From contig OZ320316.1 of the NCBI GenBank assembly GCA_976226885.1, forward strand, positions 43,648,001 through 43,712,000: 64,000 bases of DNA, given 5' to 3'. Both the position numbers and the translations under genes were made by a program. This DNA is from Iphione sp. A-MEVVRFRX5 (taxonomy: Eukaryota). Position 1 is the first letter of the stretch. Each line of letters begins with the position of its first letter. The notes beneath the pieces are model-generated. The model was not told where the DNA came from, ran no database searches, and saw only the letters and a program-made list of their open reading frames with translations. Positions 37,319 through 47,704 of this stretch are shown here, piece by piece.

Positions 37319-39598
37319 CAGTGGGACGTCCCAATTCCGGACACCCTTCGTTCTGTAGTGAATCGTCCGCATTTGGGACGTGTCCTGATTGTACAAGCAG
37401 TGAGTAGTACATGAGATGGTGAATGAAGACAGACTATGAAATACAGATATATGTCTTTATTATAGGAAATACATTTAAATAATGGAACATAATTGAATAT
37501 CACAATAAATAACAAACAGTAAATACAAAATTAAATTATTTCTTAAAAAATGAATGTAGGGTAGGCTGCACAATTTTCCTGGCAATGGTCCTGGTGGAAT
37601 GTGACCGCTGTAGTGTGGCCAGCATTTCCAGACAGTTGAGGTCACCCTTCATTTCAAAGTGTCTCTTCATTTTCAACATCATCTCCTGGATTTCAGAATC
37701 AGTTGTTTCAGGTTGTTCTTGGGACTGGGGCTCTTCCTGGGTCTTCTCCTCATCCTCCTGGTCATCAGCCTCCCACTCCTCTTCATCCAGGCTGTGTGTT
37801 GGCAGATCTTGGTCCACAGTCTTGTACTCCTCAGGACTCATCCTGGTGTCCTCAGGGATACCCTCTTGGATCTTGGTCAGCAATGAGAGGAGGGGCTCAT
37901 CATCCATTTCTGGTGGACTTCTGAGGAGAGCAACCTGAGCCTCTTCATCATCATCAGGTACTGCCTTGATCCCTGACCTTATGAAGCAGGCCTCCACTGT
38001 GGTGGGCTTCACAGCCTTCACTGCTGCATTCAGCCAGGAGACCACCATCTGCATGTCAACTGACCCTATGACTGCTTTGGGGTCATTTTCTTGGTCAAGG
38101 CGGGAGATCACATACTGAAGCAGGGACTTCCTGTACTGGAGTTTCACTGCCTGGATGATCCCCTGGTCCAGGGGCTGCAGTACAGAGGTGGCATTGGGGG
38201 GAAGGAATACAACCTTCACATTGCTCAATGCAATGCCCCCTGGATGTGATGGGGCATTATCCATCAGAAGGCATACCTTCCTCCCCTGGCTCTTCATTTT
38301 CCTGTTGAAGGAATGCAGCCATTCTTCAAAAAGAGCAGAGGTCATCCAGGCTTTCTTGTTATTTTTCCAGGCAACTGGCAGGGTGGTTAAGTCCTTGATA
38401 TTCCTCCAGCATCTGGGCCTTGCTGATTTTCCAATGACTAATGTCTTTTGGAACTCTCCTACCATATTCACACAGAACATGGCAGTAATCCTCTCTTTGG
38501 ATTTCTTAGTGGCCGAGACGTCTGTACCCCTAACGCTGAGTGTCCTATCGGGCAGTGCTCGGTAGAAGAGACCTGATTCATCGACATTGAATATGTCTCT
38601 GGCTTCATAGCCCTGGAGTATGGTCGGCAGTCGTTCCAACCAATTCTCAACCATGGTCTCGTCCACGCTTGCCTTTTCTCCTACAACCTTGAAGCCGCCG
38701 ATGCAGTGTCTTTTCTTGAACTTATGCAGCCAACCGGTTAAAGCCTTGAAATCATCCATTGACAACTGTTTGGCCACAAATAATGCCCTAGAGCATAGCA
38801 TAGGCCCAGAGACAGGACAATTCAGTGAACGCATCCTGGAAAACCAGGAGAACACCTTCTTGTCCAGGCTGGAGGAATTTGTGGAGAGACATCGACGTTT
38901 CGCTGTTGGATTAGCACATTTTTCATAGTCCAACATGATATCGGCCTTATGCTTGAGAATCGAGCCCACTTGTGTCTTGCCCACTCCGAACTGTTCTGCT
39001 AGCTGTCGTAGACTCTTGTTAGAAGAGTTCTTGATGACGTCCACCTTTTCTCTAAGAGTAAGGTCTCTGCGCTTTGTCTTGGTCTGGATAGGCATCTTGT
39101 CTTGTGTGTTCTCATCTTCAGACTGATGATTACCAACGAATTTCCACCTCCTTATGTATGGTCTGGGCCCAGCCAGGTGACGATTGCAATCAGCAGGTGT
39201 GAGCATATCAAACAGAAACACCTCGTTTGGTGTGTGGCCCTGGGGCCCGCCATTCCGAGGAGGTGACGATTGCAATTGGCAAGGTGTGAGCTCACTCTCT
39301 TTGAGTCGCCCTAGGTGTTGAAATTAGCCGTTTGACCACGCGAAATCAAAGGCGGGGGGGTCACGGGTCCCCCTGAGGTGTAAAATTTGCGTGGACATCT
39401 GAAGAATTTAACTTTGGATTGGCCCGGGGGGTGCGACTGTCGCCGTCCGCAGGCAGACGTTCGCGAAAATTAGCTGTCCGGAATGGGGACGTCAGCTCAT
39501 AATGCTAATCTATGGGAAACAGGTCCATTCTGCTCTGAATCGTCCGCATTTGGGAGGTGTCCCGATTGTAGAAGTGTCCGCGGAGGGACGTCCTACTG
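37319..39598 (-). mobile_element. pogo/Tigger DNA transposon, full length (2280 bp)
   Basis: TIRs CAGTGGGACGTCCC..CGGACAC and (reverse complement) CAGTAGGACGTCCC..CGGACAC. TA on both flanks (37317-37318, 39599-39600). A 38-bp subterminal direct repeat at 37360-37397 and 39537-39574 (35/38). Confidence 0.93.
37536..39095 (-). CDS. pogo/Tigger (CENP-B-like) transposase, intact, 519 aa from ATG 39095 (open back to 39275)
   Basis: HTH_psq (RRDLTLREKVDVIK...LAEQFGVGKTQV), CENP-B HTH (VSGPML...GWLHKFKKRH) and DDE_1 catalytic motifs FNVDESGL, LLMDNAPSH and QPLDQGII (30 residues between the 2nd and 3rd Asp). Acidic tail. Confidence 0.95.
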   Translation of the reverse strand: MPIQTKTKRRDLTLREKVDVIKNSSNKSLRQLAEQFGVGKTQVGSILKHKADIMLDYEKCANPTAKRRCLSTNSSSLDKKVFSWFSRMRSLNCPVSGPMLCSRALFVAKQLSMDDFKALTGWLHKFKKRHCIGGFKVVGEKASVDETMVENWLERLPTILQGYEARDIFNVDESGLFYRALPDRTLSVRGTDVSATKKSKERITAMFCVNMVGEFQKTLVIGKSARPRCWRNIKDLTTLPVAWKNNKKAWMTSALFEEWLHSFNRKMKSQGRKVCLLMDNAPSHPGGIALSNVKVVFLPPNATSVLQPLDQGIIQAVKLQYRKSLLQYVISRLDQENDPKAVIGSVDMQMVVSWLNAAVKAVKPTTVEACFIRSGIKAVPDDDEEAQVALLRSPPEMDDEPLLSLLTKIQEGIPEDTRMSPEEYKTVDQDLPTHSLDEEEWEADDQEDEEKTQEEPQSQEQPETTDSEIQEMMLKMKRHFEMKGDLNCLEMLATLQRSHSTRTIARKIVQPTLHSFFKK

Positions 39599-39684
39599 TA
39601 GTACCAAGGCGAAAATTAGTGTTTTTTAGTCAACTAAAGAGGTTTCTGTAAAATAAGGTCACATGTGGGTTTTTCGGAAGGTGA

Positions 39685-40014
39685 GGCCAAAAAAAAATAG
39701 GTGTGTTTCTGGTAACCCACCCCTACCTAGTAAAACCTCACCCTACCTAAAAATATTTTGGCCCCAAAGAGTTTCCAGAGCTGAATTTCCTTAGATATGT
39801 ATTTTCACGACACATGTTTTGGGTAAATTTAGTAGAAAAACAACAAAATCCATGGAAATTCACCAAAAAACTGTAAAACTCGTGCAGATTAGTCCAAATT
39901 CTTGATATTGTCTTTATTACTATTGAAAACCAGAGGAAGAAACTAGAAAAAAAAATTTTAAAAAAGATACCCCCTCCCTACCTAGGTTTTTGGCTGGTCG
40001 TTACCAGAAACACA
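39685..40014 (+). mobile_element. MITE family 1 copy, right TIR truncated
   Basis: Colinear with 9620-9957. Starts TGA|GGCC; the right end stops after ACCAGAAACACA. Confidence 0.85.
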
Positions 40015-40771
40015 GCTCTCGACAAGTTCGTTCATTAAATTATTTTTTTAAATCATTGTGTATAACTGGCCATAGCACTGGCACACATAGCTACACACAC
40101 ACATGCACACACATAGTGTCAATGTCTATACATCAACAACCCATTGGTGACGGAAAATTAAAAAAACCAATCAGTATTACACTACTTACACTGTCTTTTG
40201 TCACAGACTTCTATCGCTCACACACAGTCTGAAACAAGAGTTCACACTGAAGATATGTGGTCAATTCATGTGATACGTCTGATTTGTAAACACCTGTATG
40301 GTCCAATCCAACGATGATAGATGATCTAGATGCCATGCGTGAATATAACCTAGATACATGCTGCCTCAATATTCAAGTGAAAGTCTGCACTGACTGCCAC
40401 CTAAAAAGTCCAAACGTTCAATTGCTGTAGTTCTGTCACTTCTTCACAGAAATCTCTCAACATCTGAACGAATGATCTTTGATATCTTCGCTGTACATAT
40501 GCATACCATTTTTTCCTATCTTTTATTATTATTACTATCCATTAGATCAAGTGAAATCTACCAGAAATATACTGGTGAAGGGCACTCATCCGCCTACCTT
40601 TGGAATGGCTTTTAGTATAACAGACACTCAGTGTCTCGGGCTGAACCATGTGACTAATTCAGGACAAACCCTAACACAGTCTAATGAGTAATTGATTGTT
40701 TATTCTTGATTGAACGTAAGTAGAACAGTCAGTAAGACAGATGTAGGTCACCTAAGACAGACTTTTCAATA

Positions 40772-41031
40772 CAGGCCCGTAGCCAGGAGTTTTTTTTTTT
40801 TTTTTTGGGGGGGGGGGGGTATCTGAAATTTGAGATGTGGAACTCCTGGTTGTGAGAGGTGGAACTCCTGGATAGGCAGGTGGAACTCTTGGTGAGGAAT
40901 CAACATATTGAATTTGCATGAATCTTTCCACTTTTTGGAAGAATTTGCATGTATTATTCTCTTGGTGGAATCCATGGGTCCTGTGCGGGGTATCAGACGA
41001 TACCCCCGATACCCCCTTGGCTCCGGGCCTG
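40772..41031. mobile_element. CAGG-ended MITE (hAT-like ends), 260 bp
   Basis: TIRs CAGGCCCGTAGCCAGG and (reverse complement) CAGGCCCGGAGCCAAGG. Three internal GTGGAACTC(C/T)TGG repeats. No TSD seen, so the superfamily is uncertain. Confidence 0.6.
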
Positions 41032-41380
41032 CATTACCTTACCCTATTTAAAAAGCTGTTGGAAGTAGGTGGAAAGTAGTTCTACCCAGTACATGTAGCT
41101 CCTTTCTTCAGTTTACAAAATAGGTTATGTGTATTTGACCTACTCAAAGCAACCTTTCAGAAAAACTTGTATTAAAGACTCTAAAACATTGAATATTAGA
41201 AAGTAACCATTATAAAATGAAGTTGAGAGAGGTGGACTATTTTCTTGGATGGAGTAAGGATATTGTCCCGGTTACATTTGAATTTGACTACCCACCCCCC
41301 AACTCTCACCCCGCCCTAAATAGTTCCCACACTCAAACATCCTGCATACAGACCGATACACCCGACTATATCCACAGAGG

Positions 41381-41466
41381 GAGAGAGTGGGAGAGAGAGA
41401 GAAAGAGAGAGAGGAGAAGGAGGGAGGGAGCGAGAGAGGGAGGGAGGGAGGGAAAGAGGGAGAGAC
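41381..41466 (+). repeat. GA/GGGA simple repeat
   Basis: Purine-rich low-complexity tract. Confidence 0.85.
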
Positions 41467-42780
41467 ACACACACAACCAGTCCAAGCGCCGAGTGAGCTT
41501 GTGAGTGGTCAACATTGTCACATGTAGGCCAGTACGTGATTTCTGTATAGGAAAGGTTCCACTTTGAGAGCGTGCAACCATATTATTCAGCCTCCTCTCT
41601 TCTATGACCTTCCATTGCTGTATAATATAGGCAACTATATAGTAATGTGCTGATTGCTTATTAATGCAAAACGATGTTGCAGATGTCGCTCATGGCGCTA
41701 TATTGGTTGGCAGTATTCAGACATATTATTTCTGTCACTATTATCTCGGGAAGTATGTATATACATCTCCATATGCCCCGACCGTATAACATTTCAAAGT
41801 TCAGTTAAAGTTAGATTTTTTGTGCTTAAAATAGAAGTTCCGATAATGCCTTTGACCTTGACTTCAGGTTGCATTCGATCTTGTTAGTAATAAAGCATCA
41901 AAACTTTAAAAATTCTAGCTTATTTAAACACAATCCTTTATTTGTATGTTTTATTGCCATAGTAACCAGATTGGTCGGAGGAGGCTGTACTTACTATTAC
42001 ATGTACTATCATTTTTACGGTATTACAGTTTTTTGAGGAACTACAGTCTACAGCTTCTCACAAGTTATTAATGTGTAGTGCACTTTTCAGAGTTAATTTG
42101 TGTGTTACATGGATCTTCAATTGCATCAATCTGTCTGTTATACCCTCTGAAATGTCTTGTATGGGACCTTAGGTGAGTGTTTGGAATATGTGAGTCTCTA
42201 AAATAGCCAAAGTCACCCAAACATGATTTGTGCATAATCCACAATGTCCGGTCATCTGGAAATTCAGATTTTACTGTACTTATTTTTTTGCATTCATACA
42301 GAGGATTTGTATTCATACTACACATAAACAGATGTGATACATATATTTTTGATCATGGGATGACCTTAAGGGAACAGAAGTGGAAATAAAATTGGGTGGA
42401 AGATTCCTTTCATACAAAGAGTAGAGATGTATTGATGACCTTCAGCGCACTGTATTATTTTTGCTCTGAACTTGGGGTGTCCAGAGGTGAGTGTCCAGAA
42501 CTGTACACCAGACGCAATATTTATGTACACAGGAACATGGCTTGTGCACTGACAGTTGAGTGTAATTCTAACGGACAAGCAATGTACATGTACACAGACA
42601 CACATACACATGGATAATACCTCAAAGTTACCAAATATTGGTATTACGTGAGTTGCCAAGGGTACAATTTGCCAAGGGCATAGTAAGACGGCATTATAAT
42701 ATGGCACGAATTGTTTTAGGGCATGGCGTACTGAGGATACATTTTGGCTAGGATACGGGTTTGCATGTCTTTTAAATATA

Positions 42781-42958
42781 CAGTGGAAACTCTCTACTAC
42801 GGACAGCAAAGGGACTGACCAAAACCTGTCCCTAAAGAGGGGTGTCCTTTATAGCAGGGGTATTTAAACATGATTATATAGAGTTGGTTCTGTCTCCAGT
42901 CTGTCCATAGTGAGGGGTGTCCTTTATAGAGGGTGTCCTTAGTAGAGGGGTTCCACTG
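42781..42958. mobile_element. Tigger/pogo-type MITE, 178 bp
   Basis: TIRs CAGTGGAAACTCTCTACTACGGACA and (reverse complement) CAGTGGAACCCCTCTACTAAGGACA. TA on both flanks. Confidence 0.85.
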
Positions 42959-43532
42959 TATTACTTTAGGTTGACCACCATGGTGGGCATCATGTTTGCT
43001 TATTTAAATAAATACATGAATGATTTATGAAAGCAGTAATTACCTGATCTTTGACTAATACTCTGCATCCAGTCCAGCCCCAAAACGCACATTTACTCTG
43101 TATTCCGAAGATGCGATCGTAATTCGGTTATTTGTCATGACCTGTAGTGTCTCTGACATAGAAGCCCTTCCTGCAACCAGCCAATTCCGGCGTTGGCTAG
43201 TAATAAATTCTACAATAATAAACATGAAGCTGTATTCTAAAAATGAACTGTTAATATATGTAAAAGGTTATTAACTATAAACTATTCAGATACATCCATT
43301 AATTCGTATTGAAAAAGGCAAAATGATTATATGAGGGCCGCTATGTTTGACAGAAATCGGAATTGATTATAGATTAATGCCACAAAATGTTTTAGTACCT
43401 GAGTCGTATGAAAGTAACAATGTATCTCTTACCGATTGAAATGATCCATGCAGAGCTTCTAGCTAATGACACTCAAAACTCTTTTGGTCGTTGAATACCT
43501 TTGTCTGAAGAAAAAATATTTTTTCTAGAAAA

Positions 43533-43568
43533 CCCCTGATGAAGACAAACTCCTGTCGAAACGTTGGG
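43533..43568 (+). ncRNA. Minimal type I hammerhead ribozyme motif (Penelope-associated type)
   Basis: CCC-CUGAUGA-A-GACA-aacucc-UGUC-GAAAC-GUU-GGG. Conserved core present, stem II GACA/UGUC, palindromic ACGU stem III, stem I CCC/GGG, GUU triplet. Confidence 0.6.
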
Positions 43569-44089
43569 ACGAATTAAAAAGCCTACATATAAACCCAATC
43601 ACCTTGTTTGTTTGTGTATGTTCATTTTGAACTGCATTCTAGAGAACTAGTTTTAAAAAATTTTACCTACTTAAAGAAGGATGACGAAATGTTATAAAGA
43701 AAGGTAGACTACATTATGGCTAAGGAAAACCTCCTTGACGGGGCAGCCGGACGCAATGTGTATGGTAGCCGCACGAAGAAAATGTCATAACCCAGTCACC
43801 ATATCTATCTAATGGATAGATTCTTGATCCAGCATTTCAGCAAGTTGATGGAATAGGAATAGACTTTCAGGACAAAGCAACAAATTGATATAGATTTGGC
43901 GACCGAAAGGTCCTGTTTCCTTCTTTTTTCCTTTCGAGATGGTGAACCACAATCGCACTAGTAACTAAGGCTCTAGCGATAAGAGTTGCCCCACTCCCAT
44001 TTTGAAGAAGACAGGAGGAGATGATTTCTTGGCCAAGTTTAGGAAGCCATCCAAGATAGTTCTTCTATATAGTGTTAGTACATCACTAT

Positions 44090-44280
44090 TGTGATGCAGC
44101 TCTCTACGAGGTGATCCGCTGAGGCTTTCCGTCTTCTGGGCAATCGGGGGTCTTGAATTGGCTGCATCGATGAGGTAGACAGTATAAAGGTGGGGGTGCG
44201 GCGTACGGCAGGCCTCTCTATTCACTAATATGTAAATCAGGTACGTTGGTATGCTTGCCAAGAGGCTAGTACTGCATATC
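44090..44280 (-). pseudogene. Possible Crypton-type tyrosine recombinase relic
   Basis: Frameshifted pieces QY*PLGKHT...ISE*RGL, RTPH..YTVYLIDAA and IAQKT resemble the Crypton PLGKxT, TxHxxR and I...GH regions. Confidence 0.3.
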
Positions 44281-44793
44281 AGCGGGAAACAAGCCCGCCC
44301 ATCCGGGCACAGGCTCTCCTTCCGCCCTTTTGTGCTGGACGCATACTTCAAGCAGTCTGGGGGATCGCAGTCAGCGCACCTTGGATCGTGAGACGAATGA
44401 TAACAGGCCAACAGGGAAGCCAAGGCTTGGGGAGGCATGCTGGCTGGTAGTTGTGTGGGAAGGGGCTCTACAAATCCCGCCTACGCCCAGATTGTGTTTT
44501 CTTTGAAACATCTACGACCCTTGCACCGACAAACATACACACATGCATATATATTTACATGTATATTATACAAAAGTATCCTTTTGAACAATGACTGTTT
44601 CTGCATGCCTGGCCAGCTCAATTTGGCAAGAGTTGAGAATACGTCAAACTCAATGCCATTGGTGACTAGTGACCTTCCTGAACCTGGGCCACGTTGATGT
44701 AAATATATTAAATACATACATCCTTTCTTGATGTTAGCCATATGTAATTAGATATATGTAGATCGTTATTTAGTTCCTGCACAGTTAAGCTAA

Positions 44794-45005
44794 GGCCCCC
44801 CCCCCCAAAAAAAAATAGGTGTGTTTCTGGTAACCCACCCCTACCTAGTAAAACCCCTACCTAAAAATTTTTTGCCCCAAAGAGTTTCCAAGGCTGAATT
44901 TTCTTAGATACGTTTTTTCAAAGCACATTTTTGGTAAATTTAGTAGAAAAACAATAAAATCTATCAAAATTCACCAAAAAACAGTAAATTGGTCAAAATT
45001 CTTCA
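44794..45005 (+). mobile_element. MITE family 1 copy, 5' ~210 bp only
   Basis: Starts TAA|GGCC; colinear with the first part of 9620-9957. Confidence 0.8.
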
Positions 45006-45584
45006 CATTTCTGATGTGAAAAGTCATTGGTCGCCTGCTTTGTAGTTGACATTGGAGCCTCAAGCCCAGGTAGAACATGGTTTTGGAGCCTTTCTGGCAA
45101 AAAAAAAGGTGGCAGTCACCCACTTTGTATTTGACATTGGAGCCTCAGCCACCCTAAAAAAAGAGCACTTTTAGAACTTTTTTAGAACTTTTTTTGGACT
45201 TTTCTCCTTCCCATCTAATTCAGCACTTTTAGAACTGTTTTTTACTTTTCCCCATCAAATACCCCTAATCAATGGCTTAGGCGAACAGTCGACATAGGCA
45301 ACCAGTTTTGTTCAGTCCCTTTGGTGGTTGCTTTAGGTGGAGTGTACTGTACATGTATTTTAGGTCATATCATCTTCTTAATTTTAGGGATACAGTACAA
45401 ATACAATGTAAACCAGTTATCCTTGGTGAGATTGTGAACTGTGCGTGATACATAGGTGCTCATGAAACTACGCGATAGGTACAATAGGGAACAATCTGAA
45501 TAGTAATCAGTGTTCACTGTTACCTACATCATGAGTGCCATCTAAGGTTTAAATAACGATTGTAAATTGTTTGATTTTGCACAG

Positions 45585-46285
45585 AATGGTCGATCATCAG
45601 CCACTCAGAAGTTCCGAGTGTGCGACGGCCAAGGATACTGGTGGTGGTTGACGATCGCATGACGCAGACGATGGACAACTTGCAGTATGAAGAACTACCG
45701 CCAGCTACAATTCATGTGTTGGAGGCCAAAAAAGGCACATACAAAAAGCTCTGGCGAGAGCGTTTGTATGTTGACGTTACGACGTACGACATCATATTGG
45801 TGGCATTCGGGTATCGCGAAATTCTCAGGAGAGAAACCGGTCAATGGTCGGCGCGCCATCGAAGCCCGATGCGGTATCTGGAAACGTTACACTACTACGT
45901 AGGACGTCTGCAAAGGTGGGCGAGCGGGCCTTTGAAAACAGGCCCCAAACTATTGTGTTGTCCGATGGCCGGAGTGATGATCTGCAGATTGGAACCAGAC
46001 TACATAGGACCTGAGGAGCAATCCGTGACGGATGCCTTAGTATCCACGCACAATATGTTTTGTAGAATGAAAGCAATGGATATAGGTTTGTGTCCCCCGA
46101 GACTGGACCTCCCAGTGAACGATTATATAGGCAATCAGGTTATTGTCAAGGGTCAGTATCTTCGTAGTAACGGCTTGCATGTCACGCCGATCGTGAGTGG
46201 TATATGGTCCAGCATACTCGCAATCTTCTTGCGTGAGCTGAGTCTTACACCGGAGGACAATGGGCCTGATACAGAACAGGACTAA
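45585..46285 (+). CDS. SGNH/GDSL-esterase-like ORF (~233 codons), probably LINE ORF1; apparently entered by splicing
   Basis: Stop-free frame with SGNH-like blocks RILVVVDD, YDIILVAFGYRE and YLRSNGLHVTP...WSSIL. The canonical GDS, GxND and DxxH residues are altered. There is no in-frame ATG at the start, but an acceptor (ttgtttgattttgcacag) ends at 45584. Confidence 0.5.
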
Positions 46286-47177
46286 AGGTAATTACGTATT
46301 GACATGTCAATAGGGAAAGCTTTATCCAGCTGGCCATATATTTTTGTAATTGTTAATCAACGCAGTATTACTTATCACAACTTAAACAAGAATTGGCATA
46401 GGTTTCTTTTGATTATATAGCCTTCAGGCGTAGATGATGACAACGGTTTTGCAGTTACACTTGAAAACATATGCTGAGCAACAAAGCAGTCATAAGTCGA
46501 TCTATAATTGGAAATATGTGTGCACAACATGAGTGTCGAGTGTGGCACTATGGAAGCTGTTGATGTTTTATTGCCTTGCTTGACTCTTAGTTAAATTCCG
46601 CTTGTTGAGTAAACGTTATTTGGTACTGATCACTAGTGAGCTATTCATCCAACAAAATGGAATATGTAACATCTGAGTAGCGGTAATCATTACACGTTAA
46701 AGTGCACTGTAGCCGAACCGTCTGAAAATCAATACTGGTCACTGTTAGTGAGACTCTGTAAGATCAGGAGATTGAAAATGACACTGTAACAAATGCCTTA
46801 AACATCAGCGTGTAGCTACCCATATGATGCGGATGCCAACAAAATAGGAAGATTTGTTAAAGCAGCAATATCTATCCCGCTTACATTTATCATTTAATGA
46901 CAATACCTATTTGAGCCATGTCACTACAAGAGTTTAATCGAAATTCATTTTGCCATGCGAATCACACTCAATCACTTACCAAATGACATATTGTCGATGT
47001 TGCTGTCAGAGACAAGATTGTTACCAAATGTACCTGTGATTATTTCAACAAGCTCTGTCTGGTGAATCAGTTAACAAGCAAATACTAAATTCTCTTTAAC
47101 TTTGACTTGTAACTCAGTTAATACTCAATTACCTAGTGACGTTTCAGAACTGTCTGCTGTGATGATGACCACAACAA

Positions 47178-47229
47178 TGTTACCAGAGATGTCTGTGATT
47201 GACTGTTACCAGAGATGTCTGTGATTGAC
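47178..47229 (+). repeat. Perfect 26-bp tandem duplication
   Basis: TGTTACCAGAGATGTCTGTGATTGAC x2. Confidence 0.9.
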
Positions 47230-47704
47230 TGGACCATTGGGAGATGATGTAACCGAGAGGATTAGGTGGTTATGGGGGATGGAAATTACTCATGTTACCA
47301 AATTTGCTCAATCTCATACCGGCAGGGGATCATAGATTTGATACTCTTTGATACACTACTGCTGTTGATCCTATACAAATCCTCCGGAGATATTTTTGGG
47401 AAGAGTGTCAATTTTTGGAAATAAAAACGAAGAATTAACCGTTTCCCTACTAATTAATTTTCTCAACAACTGTCACTAAGAGTCTGTCGGCTGTAAGGCA
47501 AAATTTTTGAGCCCGTAAGCATGGACTATACATAAGACATTAGTTAAGTTCTGAGGTACTGCATGAATCTGCGGAATAAGTACACACATCGGTGGTAGGT
47601 GTATGACTTACACTATGTCTATTACAAGCTTTATTGAGGAGTCAGGTTTTTCATTAACAACTACTATCACACTAACAAACACAAGACACTGACTAACTTG
47701 CAAG

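Noticed and set aside
37585-39126. Several plus-strand ORFs inside the Tigger element
   Set aside because: Antisense shadows of the transposase CDS.
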